The notes beneath the pieces are model-generated. The model was not told the DNA's origin, made no database searches, and saw only the letters and a program-made list of their open reading frames with translations. Source: Candidatus Obscuribacteraceae bacterium (GTDB lineage Bacteria; Cyanobacteriota; Vampirovibrionia; Obscuribacterales; Obscuribacteraceae). Taken from it: a stretch of 64,000 nt of DNA. Shown one piece after another: positions 9,911-18,717 of the stretch (position 1 is the first letter of the stretch; every line of letters begins with the position of its first letter). The position numbers and the translations under genes were made by a program. The DNA is taken from the NCBI GenBank assembly GCA_044226015.1, contig JBGAHS010000008.1, positions 384,001-448,000 on the forward strand, read 5' to 3'.

Positions 9911-10438
9911 ATGGTTTTCAATGGAAATCTATTAAACTGGAATTGGGGAAAGAAGAACTTACCAATTAGAAGAGAAGATAGCTCGCCAGTGGAAAGCTCT
10001 GCCTTCTTCCCGCTTCAAAGAGACGTCAATCGCGTTTTCGATGATTTCTTCCGAACTTTTGAGACCGGTTTACTTAGCCCGTTTGGCGAAATCTCAGAAA
10101 GTATGTTTCATCCCAGACTGGAGGTGAAAGAAAACCCCGACGATCTACGCATTTCAGTTGAGCTGCCGGGAATCGACGAAAAAGACATCGACCTCTCAAT
10201 CACGAACGATGCTCTCACCATTTCCGGCGAAAAGCGAGAAGAAAAAGAAGAAAACACACAGGGGTACTATCGCATGGAAAGAACATATGGTTCTTTTCAC
10301 CGCCGAGTTCCCATTCCTTGCCAAATCGATAAAGACAAGGTTGAAGCGACCTTCAAAAAAGGTGTCTTGAATATTGTTCTGCCTAAAACCGATGAGGCAA
10401 AACAACAAATAAAGAAAATTAGCATCAAGAAAGACTAA
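9911..10438 (+). CDS. Hsp20/alpha-crystallin small heat shock protein
   Basis: VELPGIDEKDI, ISGEKR, ERTYGSFHR, ATFKKGVLNIVLPK; RBS AGGAGG. Confidence 0.95.
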   Translation: MVFNGNLLNWNWGKKNLPIRREDSSPVESSAFFPLQRDVNRVFDDFFRTFETGLLSPFGEISESMFHPRLEVKENPDDLRISVELPGIDEKDIDLSITNDALTISGEKREEKEENTQGYYRMERTYGSFHRRVPIPCQIDKDKVEATFKKGVLNIVLPKTDEAKQQIKKISIKKD

Positions 10439-10498
10439 CTGTCTATAGCGCCATTGGCGCATTCCCCAGCATTCGTCGCTAGAGAAAAGGAGGCAATT

Positions 10499-11329
10499 AT
10501 GAAACTAGCTTGGAATGAAAACTGGTCGACCAACATAAGGAAAAGTAAGTTTGCTTTTCTAGCATTGTCCCTCGGTCTCGCTTTGGGATACGCAGGTGGA
10601 CAGATGATTAACAGCCACGCCGAAACTGAAAGCAAAACGAAAATACAAAACTCAGCAACAACCGATTTAGTGACAAATGATTCCGCCAGCAGGGACTTGT
10701 CGACCAAGCTGTCATCGACAAAATCTGCAGAGAAAGTGCGAGTGCACTCCGGGACGGTTAGCGCAAATGGAGACCCCGCCACAAGCCTAAGCCAAGCAGA
10801 CCGACTGGCAGAAATGAATGCGGCAATGAAAAGAATGAGAGCATCTCTGTTCAGTATGAATCCGCACTCTAGTCTCTTCTGCCCATGGTGGATGCCCTAT
10901 GAAACAGATGCTGTTTTCCGGAATCTCGACCTCATGTCCGACATAGATAGTGACTGGGGTATGCCATTGCATATGAATACATATATGCCGAAGTTGAACA
11001 CTACACTTCACGGTGACGAAGTAAAACTGACGGCTGAAGTCCCAGGCGTAGAGACAAATAACCTGGACGTTACAGTGAATGATGATTCGATCACGATCAA
11101 GGGAGAAAAGAAAGAAGAAATAACTGAAGCAAAAGTAGGCAAAAATGATAAGGCACCAAAAGTGGTGGAACGGTCTTTCGGATCATTCGAACGAACAGTT
11201 TCGCTGCCTTGCAAAGTCCAAAGTGACAAGGCACAAGCGACCTTGAAAAACGGTGTGTTAACAGTTGTTGTGCCGAAGAGTGCAGACAATGACACCCAGG
11301 GCAGAAAGCTATCGATTCGAACTGAGTGA
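10499..11329 (+). CDS. Hsp20 family protein with N-terminal signal/TM segment
   Basis: C-terminal AEVPGV...ERSFGSFERTVSLP...ATLKNGVLTVVVPK; N-terminal RKSKFAFLALSLGLALGYAGG; AAGGAGG before ATG 10499. Confidence 0.88.
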   Translation: MKLAWNENWSTNIRKSKFAFLALSLGLALGYAGGQMINSHAETESKTKIQNSATTDLVTNDSASRDLSTKLSSTKSAEKVRVHSGTVSANGDPATSLSQADRLAEMNAAMKRMRASLFSMNPHSSLFCPWWMPYETDAVFRNLDLMSDIDSDWGMPLHMNTYMPKLNTTLHGDEVKLTAEVPGVETNNLDVTVNDDSITIKGEKKEEITEAKVGKNDKAPKVVERSFGSFERTVSLPCKVQSDKAQATLKNGVLTVVVPKSADNDTQGRKLSIRTE

Positions 11330-11490
11330 CGCGCAATCGCACTTAGTGACGATTGGACTGAATGAGTGCACAGGTTCGAACTGAGCAAAAAGCAATCGCG
11401 CTAAGTGACGCGCAAATTGCGGACAGACAGGAGTTCGCTCTGAGTGACGAACATTCCAAACGAGCAATGCGCAATCACACTGAGTGGCAG
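11317..11490 (+). repeat. Degenerate ~20-bp tandem array starting on the Hsp20 stop codon
   Basis: tcgaactgagTGAcgcgcaa (stop 11327-11329), then tcgcacttagtgacg, tcgaactgagc, tcgcgctaagtgacgcgcaa, tcgctctgagtgacg, tcacactgagtg. Confidence 0.65.
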
Positions 11491-11580
11491 ACGACGGCAC
11501 AAGCGAATTGTTCGATTAGCCCAAGGACCTCAAGCCTTTCTTGAAGCCTTTCTTGAATCCTGTTCCTGATCCGAGCCACA

Positions 11581-11620
11581 GAAGATGCAGACCGCCTGAG
11601 GTCTGCATCTTTCTTCTTGT
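11581..11620 (+). terminator. Intrinsic terminator
   Basis: aagatgcagacc-gcctga-ggtctgcatctt then T-rich tail. Confidence 0.75.
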
Positions 11621-11629
11621 GCTCTTACA

Positions 11630-11800
11630 AATGTAGATGGACGCTTAATCTCATCAATGTAGATGGACGCTGAATCTCACCCATAGTGATGTATCGCCTA
11701 AAATTCTGACTAGATCAGACAATACAGATCAGGCAATTTAGATCAGGCAATTTAGATCAGGCAATGTAGATTAGTCCATGTAGATTAGGCAATGTAGATA
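11630..11800. repeat. Tandem repeats: 26-bp unit x2 (aatgtagatggacgct/gaatctca) and 14-bp unit tagatcaggcaat(t/g) x~7
   Basis: (t/c)agat recurs at 11711, 11725, 11739, 11753, 11767, 11781, 11795. Confidence 0.8.
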
Positions 11801-11857
11801 GAGTGTTTGGAGCAGCACAGAGTTTTTACCTTTGCGCCACAGCATGGAGCGGATATC

Positions 11858-12445
11858 TTACTTGCTCAACATCTTGGATATTTTGGCAAGACGGTCGTCA
11901 ATTTTTGCAAGCCTGCTGGGGTCATTGCTCAATGTCTTTGCTTTCACGAACCAGGTTTTTGCCTCAACAGGATTTTTGTTTTGCAACAAAACATCGCCAA
12001 TGTTGAAACATGTCGTGAACGAATTCGGATCTATTGAATACGCCTTCCGGTAGCACTTATCAGCTTCCTTCAAATCACCCTTTGACTCGTAGCACTCGCC
12101 CTTCGTTGTCCACGCAGTTGCGTATCCAGGCTCCATTTCGATCGCCTTATTCAACAACGAAATTGCTTCATCGAATTTTTTCAGCCCGAAGTAATCACAA
12201 GCTAGATTGTAGTGGCGCATCGGATCATAGGGATACAAACTAGTCGCCTTCTTATCAAGCTCAAGTGCCTCCTGAAACTTTCCCGCCTTGGAAAGATGAT
12301 TAGCCTCATTTCCCAATTCTATTGCTCGATTGTAGTCTTGCGTCGTGCCCTTGCCTTCGATGTAATGTCCGACATTTTCTGCCAGAGAAGCTGGCTGAAG
12401 CAAAATTCCAATAGCAAGCAAAACAACAGCGGAAAGTACCTTCAT
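11858..12445 (-). CDS. Exported tetratricopeptide repeat protein
   Basis: Signal peptide MKVLSAVVLLAIGILLQPASLA; TPR motifs such as AISLLNKAIEMEPGYATAW and YRKAYSIDPN. Confidence 0.88.
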   Translation of the reverse strand: MKVLSAVVLLAIGILLQPASLAENVGHYIEGKGTTQDYNRAIELGNEANHLSKAGKFQEALELDKKATSLYPYDPMRHYNLACDYFGLKKFDEAISLLNKAIEMEPGYATAWTTKGECYESKGDLKEADKCYRKAYSIDPNSFTTCFNIGDVLLQNKNPVEAKTWFVKAKTLSNDPSRLAKIDDRLAKISKMLSK

Positions 12446-12543
12446 TTTGCATTCCTTTTTAACAAGAGAACGCCATTATACTGAATAGCGCAGCAAGCAC
12501 ACTATATTCGCACGTGGATGCCACCGCCCCAAGTCTCTGATAT

Positions 12544-12886
12544 GTTCTCTGGTTTTCCTGCTCGCCAAGTGCTCGCGTAGATTTTCCCGAAAACTCCACC
12601 GGTACCGATTCAGTTCTGTGGTTTTCCTGCTCGCCAAGTGCTCGCGTAGATTTTCCTCAAAACTCCACTGGTACCGATTCAGCTCTGTGGTTTTTCTGCT
12701 CGCCAAGTGCTCGCGTAGATTTTCCCGAAAACTCCACCGGTACCGATTCAGTTCTCTGGTTTTTCTGCTCGCCAAGTGCTCGCGTAGATTTTCCCAAAAA
12801 CTCCACCGGTACCGATTCAGTTCTATGGTTTTTCTGCTCGCCAAGTGCACACATAGATTTTCCCAAAACTCCACCGGTACCGATTG
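12544..12886. repeat. 69-bp tandem repeat, about 5 near-identical copies
   Basis: Unit ...ggttttcctgctcgccaagtgctcgcgtagattttcccgaaaactccaccggtaccgattcagttct...; no unique spacers. Confidence 0.92.
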
Positions 12887-13032
12887 AGCTTACTAGCGCC
12901 ACAGGAGATACGAGCACGCCCCTTGGTACACAAGCATTTTCGAGCGAGGACATTTTAGAGACAAACGCGGGACAAAACAGGGATGTCTGCGAACTATTCT
13001 AATCTCATCAAACCAATCGGAGGTCCCAAACC

Positions 13033-13860
13033 ATGTTTCTAGACGATATTGCAGACACAGTAAAAGACGCAGCTTCAACCGTTGGCAAAGTTGGACTCGA
13101 AGTTGCAGGTCTCGCGCTCAGCCCGATGCAAAGCATCACCATGAAAGGTCTAGGCGCTGCAATGTCGACAGTAACTGAAGTTTTCGGCAATGTTGATTTG
13201 TTCGATTCAGTCAGCCAGGGCAACCTCCCGACAGAATTCCTCGACGGCGCTGCTTCCCTGAGCGGCAAGGTACTGGGCGATAATGGCGCTGCAGGCGGTT
13301 TCGCTGCAGACATCGCAAAGGTGTTCACCGGTGGAGATGTGAAGGCAGGCGCCGCACTTACCGACGGAATTCTCGGTGATGGCGGGCAGAGCGCTAAGTT
13401 CGCTGGCGGCGTCGCAAATATGTTCAACGGAAACTTTGCTGACACCGCAGCATCGCTCAGCGGAGAAGTTCTTGGAGACAACGGTGAAGCTGCTGGATCA
13501 GTTGCAGGCATCGCCAATATGTTCACGGGCGACGGCTTGAACACAGCATCTGCACTCGGTGGCAAGCTAATGGGACAAGACAACGAGACCTTCCAAATTC
13601 TCACAGGCGTAGCAAACATATTCTCTGGCAAAGACTCCCCAATCGCGCTCGGCGCCAAGATGGGCGACGCAGAGTTCGGAAATGATGTAGAAAAATTCCT
13701 CGGAAACGAATCAATAAATAAGCGCATCAACCCAGACAACGCCTCAGAAGTTCCACCAGAAGACGAAGACACAAAGAACGTTGGCAAAGTACCAAACTTC
13801 AACAGAATGGCTAACATGGGCAACGCCAAAGTTAACCGCGCAATGAGCCGCTTCATGTAA
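13033..13860 (+). CDS. Gly/Ala-rich internally repetitive hypothetical protein
   Basis: About five repeats of the form L(S)G.VLGDNG..A....G(V/I)AN(M/I)F.G. Confidence 0.75.
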   Translation: MFLDDIADTVKDAASTVGKVGLEVAGLALSPMQSITMKGLGAAMSTVTEVFGNVDLFDSVSQGNLPTEFLDGAASLSGKVLGDNGAAGGFAADIAKVFTGGDVKAGAALTDGILGDGGQSAKFAGGVANMFNGNFADTAASLSGEVLGDNGEAAGSVAGIANMFTGDGLNTASALGGKLMGQDNETFQILTGVANIFSGKDSPIALGAKMGDAEFGNDVEKFLGNESINKRINPDNASEVPPEDEDTKNVGKVPNFNRMANMGNAKVNRAMSRFM

Positions 13861-13963
13861 TTCGCACTCAAGTTCGAAACTCCGTTTCCTTGCCACGAGT
13901 TCTTAACCGCTTTGAAATAGATTCTCTTCACTGGGTCACGAACGAACGTTGGAGGGAAGGGCA

Positions 13964-14191
13964 ATGGAAAATCAAGATAACAATCAGGTTGAATCGAACG
14001 AATCAAAAACAATGAACGCAGCTGACACAAACTCATTTTTGCAAGCGGCATTATTCGAATGCTGGCCAGGTGGACCGATCGTCAGCTCAAGAGCGGATTG
14101 CAGAGGACTTGAAAGGGACTCATGGAGGAACTCCGCGCTTCCCGAACTTCAAATAACCGATAGCAACGCCGGACGCAACAGACATTCTTAG
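13964..14191 (+). CDS. Small protein, paralog 1 of the ECWPGGPIVS family (75 aa)
   Basis: Strong RBS GGAGG; shares ECWPGGPIVS..ADC...RD.WR...LP.L...D with 14649-14870. Confidence 0.75.
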   Translation: MENQDNNQVESNESKTMNAADTNSFLQAALFECWPGGPIVSSRADCRGLERDSWRNSALPELQITDSNAGRNRHS

Positions 14192-14236
14192 TAGCTTACG
14201 CAACCCCAATTTTAGTAGACTATAAAACACTTAATA

Positions 14237-14265
14237 GACAAGGCGCGGCGAGAGCTGCGCCTGTC
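14237..14265 (+). terminator. GC-rich hairpin after small gene, possible terminator
   Basis: gacaaggcgcggc-GAGA-gctgcgcctgtc; weak T tail. Confidence 0.4.
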
Positions 14266-14648
14266 ACCGTTGAAGATTCAAAAGAGAGTTTATACTTGGA
14301 AGCTCACTTCGGTTAGTACCGTACTGGACCGAACGCTTGTTTGTTCGATGCACGCAGTACAGCCGACTCCTTCCAAAGGACGAAGGCATTCACATAATTG
14401 CACATTCAATGTGTGCAATTCGTGCAGTAAGCACGTGACGAGTCTACCTAAAAAGCCTCATCAATCTAATTTATACTCTTCCAATCTATCGGAGCATTTT
14501 GAATCGGTATTGACCAAACTTGGCAGTTTGAATTCATGAGTCAATATTGTTTTCATCATGCACGAGTTCGCTCATTTTAAGGCGACTCAATTCGAAGATT
14601 GCTAACGGCTTGCATGTTCAAAGCCGAAGATGGTTGGGAGATTATGCT

Positions 14649-14870
14649 ATGGAAAATCCGAATACTCGCGAAACAGCGAAGGAAACTTCGGCGGCGAATT
14701 CAGCGGAATCGATGAAAGTTGCGCTCGCAGAATGCTGGCCGGGAGGACCTATTGTTAGCAACCCAGCTGACTGCAAAGATATGGATCGCGATGGATGGCG
14801 TGTCCACAAGAACGTTTTGCCTGACCTTAAACTCTCGGATCTCGAAGATCTGAACAAAAAAGGAACCTGA
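14649..14870 (+). CDS. Small protein, paralog 2 of the ECWPGGPIVS family (73 aa)
   Basis: RBS GGGAG; conserved Cys-Trp core shared with 13964-14191. Confidence 0.75.
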   Translation: MENPNTRETAKETSAANSAESMKVALAECWPGGPIVSNPADCKDMDRDGWRVHKNVLPDLKLSDLEDLNKKGT

Positions 14871-15323
14871 ACCGAAGCACCTTATCCTAGTCAGCTCATC
14901 CTGATCCAAAGCTAGCAAACCAATTGTTTTGCTACCCTGCGTTCTGGACTGGAAATAGCTCTTCGATTGAAATACTAAACGCGGCCTTAGAGCTGCGTTT
15001 TTTGCTTTAAACACCAGGGGATGCTCGTGACGCAGGTCCGCAGGGGTCCCGTTTACAAAGATCTCGATGGAGCAGGCACTCGTGACGCAAGTAAAAATGA
15101 AAGTGCACCCGCGGACCGTGCATTATCCTACAGTCCAATCGAGCGATTAGCCCCGCAAGAAGAATAGCGATTGCTACATGGCTTGCGGCTGGAACAAAAT
15201 CTATTCTAGTTCTGTTAACGAATCGATTTAATCAAACGACCCAATTTTGTCACAAACGCGTCAACTTGCAGCCCCAAACTCAGACTTTAATAAGGACATC
15301 AGCAACGCACGAGGTTCACGCAA

Positions 15324-15455
15324 ATGTCTAACGAATCAAGCAAAGCAAATGGCACCCACGAAATGACAATCGTCCTGGTCAAAGCCTCATGGGTATTGCT
15401 GAACATCAACAGCCTTCTTGGTTTTGCCTGCCTCTGCAAAACAGTAATCGGCTAG
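15324..15455 (+). CDS. Small hydrophobic peptide A (43 aa) MSNESSKANGTHEMTIVLVKASWVLLNINSLLGFACLCKTVIG
   Basis: Not in the ORF track; GAGG RBS; frame and C-terminus conserved across three tandem copies. Confidence 0.75.
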   Translation: MSNESSKANGTHEMTIVLVKASWVLLNINSLLGFACLCKTVIG

Positions 15456-15561
15456 ACCGTCCAAATTAATTCTTTGACCCAAAATTGACCCACTCACGTC
15501 CCATTCACGCCCCATGTTTTAGCTTTAATAAGAACATCCGCAGCGAACGAGGTTTACGCAA

Positions 15562-15693
15562 ATGTCTAAGAAATCCACCAAAATGAACAGCACCGAAGCA
15601 GCAACCTTCATTCTCGTCAGAGCTTCTCTCGTTCTCTTCAGCGTCAACAGCCTTCTCGGTTTCGCCTGCGTCTGCAAAACTGTTCTCGGCTAA
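15562..15693 (+). CDS. Small hydrophobic peptide B (43 aa) MSKKSTKMNSTEAATFILVRASLVLFSVNSLLGFACVCKTVLG
   Basis: Upstream leader matches copy A (ctttaataag.acatc...gagg...acgcaaATG); conserved stop position. Confidence 0.75.
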   Translation: MSKKSTKMNSTEAATFILVRASLVLFSVNSLLGFACVCKTVLG

Positions 15694-15742
15694 TTCCTTT
15701 GATTTACTCGTCACTCACAAAAGCTTCCAGGAATCCACCAAA

Positions 15743-15853
15743 ATGCCTAACACCGAAACAGCAACTTCAATTCTCGTCAGAGCTTCACTCGTTCTTTTCA
15801 GCGTCAATGGACTTCTCGGTTTCGCCTGCGTTTGCAAAACAGTTCTCGGCTAG
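15743..15853 (+). CDS. Small hydrophobic peptide C (36 aa) MPNTETATSILVRASLVLFSVNGLLGFACVCKTVLG
   Basis: Starts at the position of the second Met of copy B; AGGA upstream; several synonymous differences from B in the core. Confidence 0.68.
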   Translation: MPNTETATSILVRASLVLFSVNGLLGFACVCKTVLG

Positions 15854-15908
15854 CTGCACGGACAAACAGCACTAGCGGTCTTTCAGCAGGAGAGTTTGCC
15901 AGCGCAAC

Positions 15909-16060
15909 AAGTGCATCGCACTAAAAGTGCATCGCACTAAAAGTGCATGAAGGAAGATGCGCGATCACTGACACAAATACATTTGCGATTCAGTGAGAAC
16001 ACTGCGCGATGTCACACCCTCATTTGCGATTCAGTGAGAAAACTGCGCGATGTTACAGCG
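15909..16060. repeat. Tandem duplications: 16-bp aagtgcatcgcactaa x2.5 and 41-bp catttgcgattcagtgagaa.actgcgcgatgt.aca x2
   Basis: Read directly from the sequence. Confidence 0.8.
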
Positions 16061-16185
16061 GCATTCATGTTCCAGAAAAGAACGGTGCGAATAGCAACAC
16101 AAATGAATAACGACAGAAGCACTCATCGCGCTGCCATCGTTATTTGTTTTGAGTGGCAATAAACTCGCTGCGTAATTTGGAATGA

Positions 16186-16254
16186 TTAATACACTTAGAT
16201 CACATCATCTAATACGCTCAGATCGCATCATCTAATACGCCCAGATCACATCAT
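16186..16254 (-). repeat. 23-bp unit x3 duplicating the last codons and stop of the 16232-16654 gene
   Basis: ttaatacacttagatcacatcat / ctaatacgctcagatcgcatcat / ctaatacgcccagatcacatcat; the third copy is the gene end (DVIWAY*). Confidence 0.85.
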
Positions 16255-16654
16255 CCATGTCTTCATCATCGAGCATCTTGCTTGCATCATCATGTTCTTT
16301 GCGGGCAGTTTTGATTTGCTTCTTCAGCGCTTCCATACGGTGATGAACACTCTTAAGAGCTGCCGCGCTCTTCTCGTGATCTGCAGCCATTTGCTTCAGT
16401 GAATCATTTACACTCTGCAGCGTTGCTTTCATTTTTGCTTGATCATCAGAAGCCATAGCATCTTTAATATCACCCATTAGCTTCGACAATGCCTGTGAGG
16501 TCCTCTTGTCGTTTTCTGAGCATCCCTTCAAAACATCAGATACGCACTTCTTGCTCGAACCTTTTGCTGGCGCGTCACCATCTGCCCAACAGCAAATGGT
16601 TCCCGACAAAAACAACAAACAAGCAATCATCGTTATACAAAAGTTGAATCGCAT
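16232..16654 (-). CDS. Exported alpha-helical/coiled-coil hypothetical protein
   Basis: Signal-like MRFNFCITMIACLLFLSGTICCWA; heptad-rich body; follows the upstream gene on the same strand. Confidence 0.7.
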   Translation of the reverse strand: MRFNFCITMIACLLFLSGTICCWADGDAPAKGSSKKCVSDVLKGCSENDKRTSQALSKLMGDIKDAMASDDQAKMKATLQSVNDSLKQMAADHEKSAAALKSVHHRMEALKKQIKTARKEHDDASKMLDDEDMDDVIWAY

Positions 16655-16685
16655 ATTGCCCCCAAGCAAATTAAGCACACTGATA

Positions 16686-18224
16686 TTACTTCAATTTCGT
16701 TTCCATTTCCTCAAGTTCTTTCAAACGTTGCGCTAACAGTTGCCCAGGAGCCTTGCCATTTGCTTTGGCTTTGCGCTCGCGCATTTCGCCTCTAACCCTT
16801 GATTGGAGAGCATCCAACGCACCCACGGCTGGTCCTGGAATAAAGGTAGTCGCACCTTGAGCAACTCGCCTTGAGAACAATTGAGCCGGAGTCTTCATTG
16901 GACGTATTGGAACTTTGTACACTGTCTTTCCAAGCTTAACCGGCAAAGTTGGCACCTTACCAGGCGCTGTATTGCTATATGCCGAGCCAGCGACAATCAA
17001 CTGCGTTCCCCAACCAATTTTGGTTCCACCGACAATTGTGTTAGAAATGAGCTTTTCAACAAACTCTTTGTTATTAGCTTTCGCTTCGGCTTTTGCCATT
17101 ACTGCCTGCCTGTCGAATATAGCTTTTTGCTTGCGATAGATTTCCAGTCTATCCTTTATGCCACCATCATCAAAGTTAGATAGCGAGGCACTAAGCGCAG
17201 TGCAATCGGCGTCAAAGTTTGAGATGGAATTAGGCGGAACAGTAAACATTTTGGTCTCAGTTTTCTTAACAGACTTTGCCGCGACAATTGAAGCAAGTTT
17301 TGTCGCAACAGGAGTCATCATGATGAAAGAACCAGACAGTACGAATCCCACACCGGCTGGCAATGCAATTCGTGGCTTACGGTTAGCAACAGCAAGCAAG
17401 TTGCCCAACGCCCCCATGTAACCACCAGTGGTTGCACCTGCGAAGGTAACCAGGTTAGCAGTATTTCGAGCAGTCTTGATTTTCGCATCACGCGCAGCGA
17501 ATTGACAATACTCATTCACAGCGCAATTTTTCACATCAGTTAGTAATTTGGACTCGGCTTTAATAGCCTCAAGTTGTGGTGCCGCTAAGTCAGCTGCTTG
17601 AATAGCGCGATCTCTAGAAGCCTGCATCTCATCAATTTGCTTAACAAGCACGCTAACTTGCTGTCTGGCACCCTTGCGATCGAGTCCGCGTTTGTGCAGT
17701 TTGTAATCGTTTATTCCATCAAGTGTAGATTCGATTAAAACTCCACCAACAATAATAGAGTGTCCAATTAGTAAGCAAATAGGTCCTTTGCGCAAGAAGG
17801 GCTTTGTCGCAAGCGCCGGTCTTCTCCAGTACTTCCAGCGAGCATACGCGACGTGAGAAATGCCTACCTCACTTATTGTGTTGCCCGCTAGTGAGTATGC
17901 AAATGTTCGCCATGGTTTGAACTTTCCAACTCGTGTGGATTCGACTCTATACTTTGTATTGAACTTTAGTAATTCGATTTCCTTTTGCAAAATTTGCCGG
18001 CTCAATTGGTCGATTTGTCCTGAGCCACCACTATATTGATTGGCATCAATTCGCTCTGCTACCAGTTTTCCCTTATCAATGGAAGGCATTTCGAAAACAG
18101 CTTTTTGTTGCTCATCACTCTCCTTCTCAAAATTGGCAGGTTCGCTAACAGCAGACCAACAGGGCAGCTGCGCCGAAGCCAATAAGAAGGCTAGCGATAC
18201 TAGAGCGTGCTTTTTCATTTCCAT
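16686..18224 (-). CDS. Exported/membrane hypothetical protein, helical with hydrophobic hairpins
   Basis: Signal-like MKKHALVSLAFLLASAQLPCWS; long ORF with alternating coiled coils and Gly-rich hydrophobic segments; start uncertain. Confidence 0.7.
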   Translation of the reverse strand: MEMKKHALVSLAFLLASAQLPCWSAVSEPANFEKESDEQQKAVFEMPSIDKGKLVAERIDANQYSGGSGQIDQLSRQILQKEIELLKFNTKYRVESTRVGKFKPWRTFAYSLAGNTISEVGISHVAYARWKYWRRPALATKPFLRKGPICLLIGHSIIVGGVLIESTLDGINDYKLHKRGLDRKGARQQVSVLVKQIDEMQASRDRAIQAADLAAPQLEAIKAESKLLTDVKNCAVNEYCQFAARDAKIKTARNTANLVTFAGATTGGYMGALGNLLAVANRKPRIALPAGVGFVLSGSFIMMTPVATKLASIVAAKSVKKTETKMFTVPPNSISNFDADCTALSASLSNFDDGGIKDRLEIYRKQKAIFDRQAVMAKAEAKANNKEFVEKLISNTIVGGTKIGWGTQLIVAGSAYSNTAPGKVPTLPVKLGKTVYKVPIRPMKTPAQLFSRRVAQGATTFIPGPAVGALDALQSRVRGEMRERKAKANGKAPGQLLAQRLKELEEMETKLK

Positions 18225-18717
18225 AATGGTTACCAGCAAAGAGAATTGCCCACATTCTCTTTCTTTGATTTCAGGACAACAACCTCCGAATGACTTAATT
18301 AGTAGCACTTGTAATCACCCGTTAGGTGGATGCACTCTCCGCCAAAAATGTGATCAAGCTATAGATTCGAAGAACGAGGAATTCACGACAATTTAATGGC
18401 TTAAACCTGAGTAAGGGAACGATGCCAAGTCTTTAGGGACGCAAATTTACAGGTGCCATCGATTATCAGACCAGCGAAGGAAGTGGCATCGTCAAGTGGA
18501 CGAACCAGTTGCAAGTACCTAAGCAACACACTAAATCGAACGGCTCTCTGCTTTCGATACAGAACTTTTGGGAGAACTCAACGCGAAACAAATTTCCAAA
18601 TCATCAGTCAGAACATTTTTTTTCGATGGCTCCACGACACAGGAAACCATCACTCCACCGAACTTATGAATGTGGTGTGACTTCGGCTAAATATTTTGCT
18701 AGTTACAGAACCGTTAT

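Noticed and set aside
12544..12886. CRISPR array
   Set aside because: Units are contiguous and nearly identical with no unique spacers; no cas genes in the window.
13008..14051. 347-aa minus-strand ORF
   Set aside because: Antisense to the Gly-rich repeat gene and the first small paralog; Pro/Ser-rich composition typical of a shadow frame.
15034..15116. Hammerhead ribozyme
   Set aside because: Contains GAAA and stems but lacks the CUGANGA core.
15505..15714. 69-aa minus-strand ORF
   Set aside because: Shadow of plus-strand peptide B; only the plus frame has RBS, start and stop conserved across the three copies.
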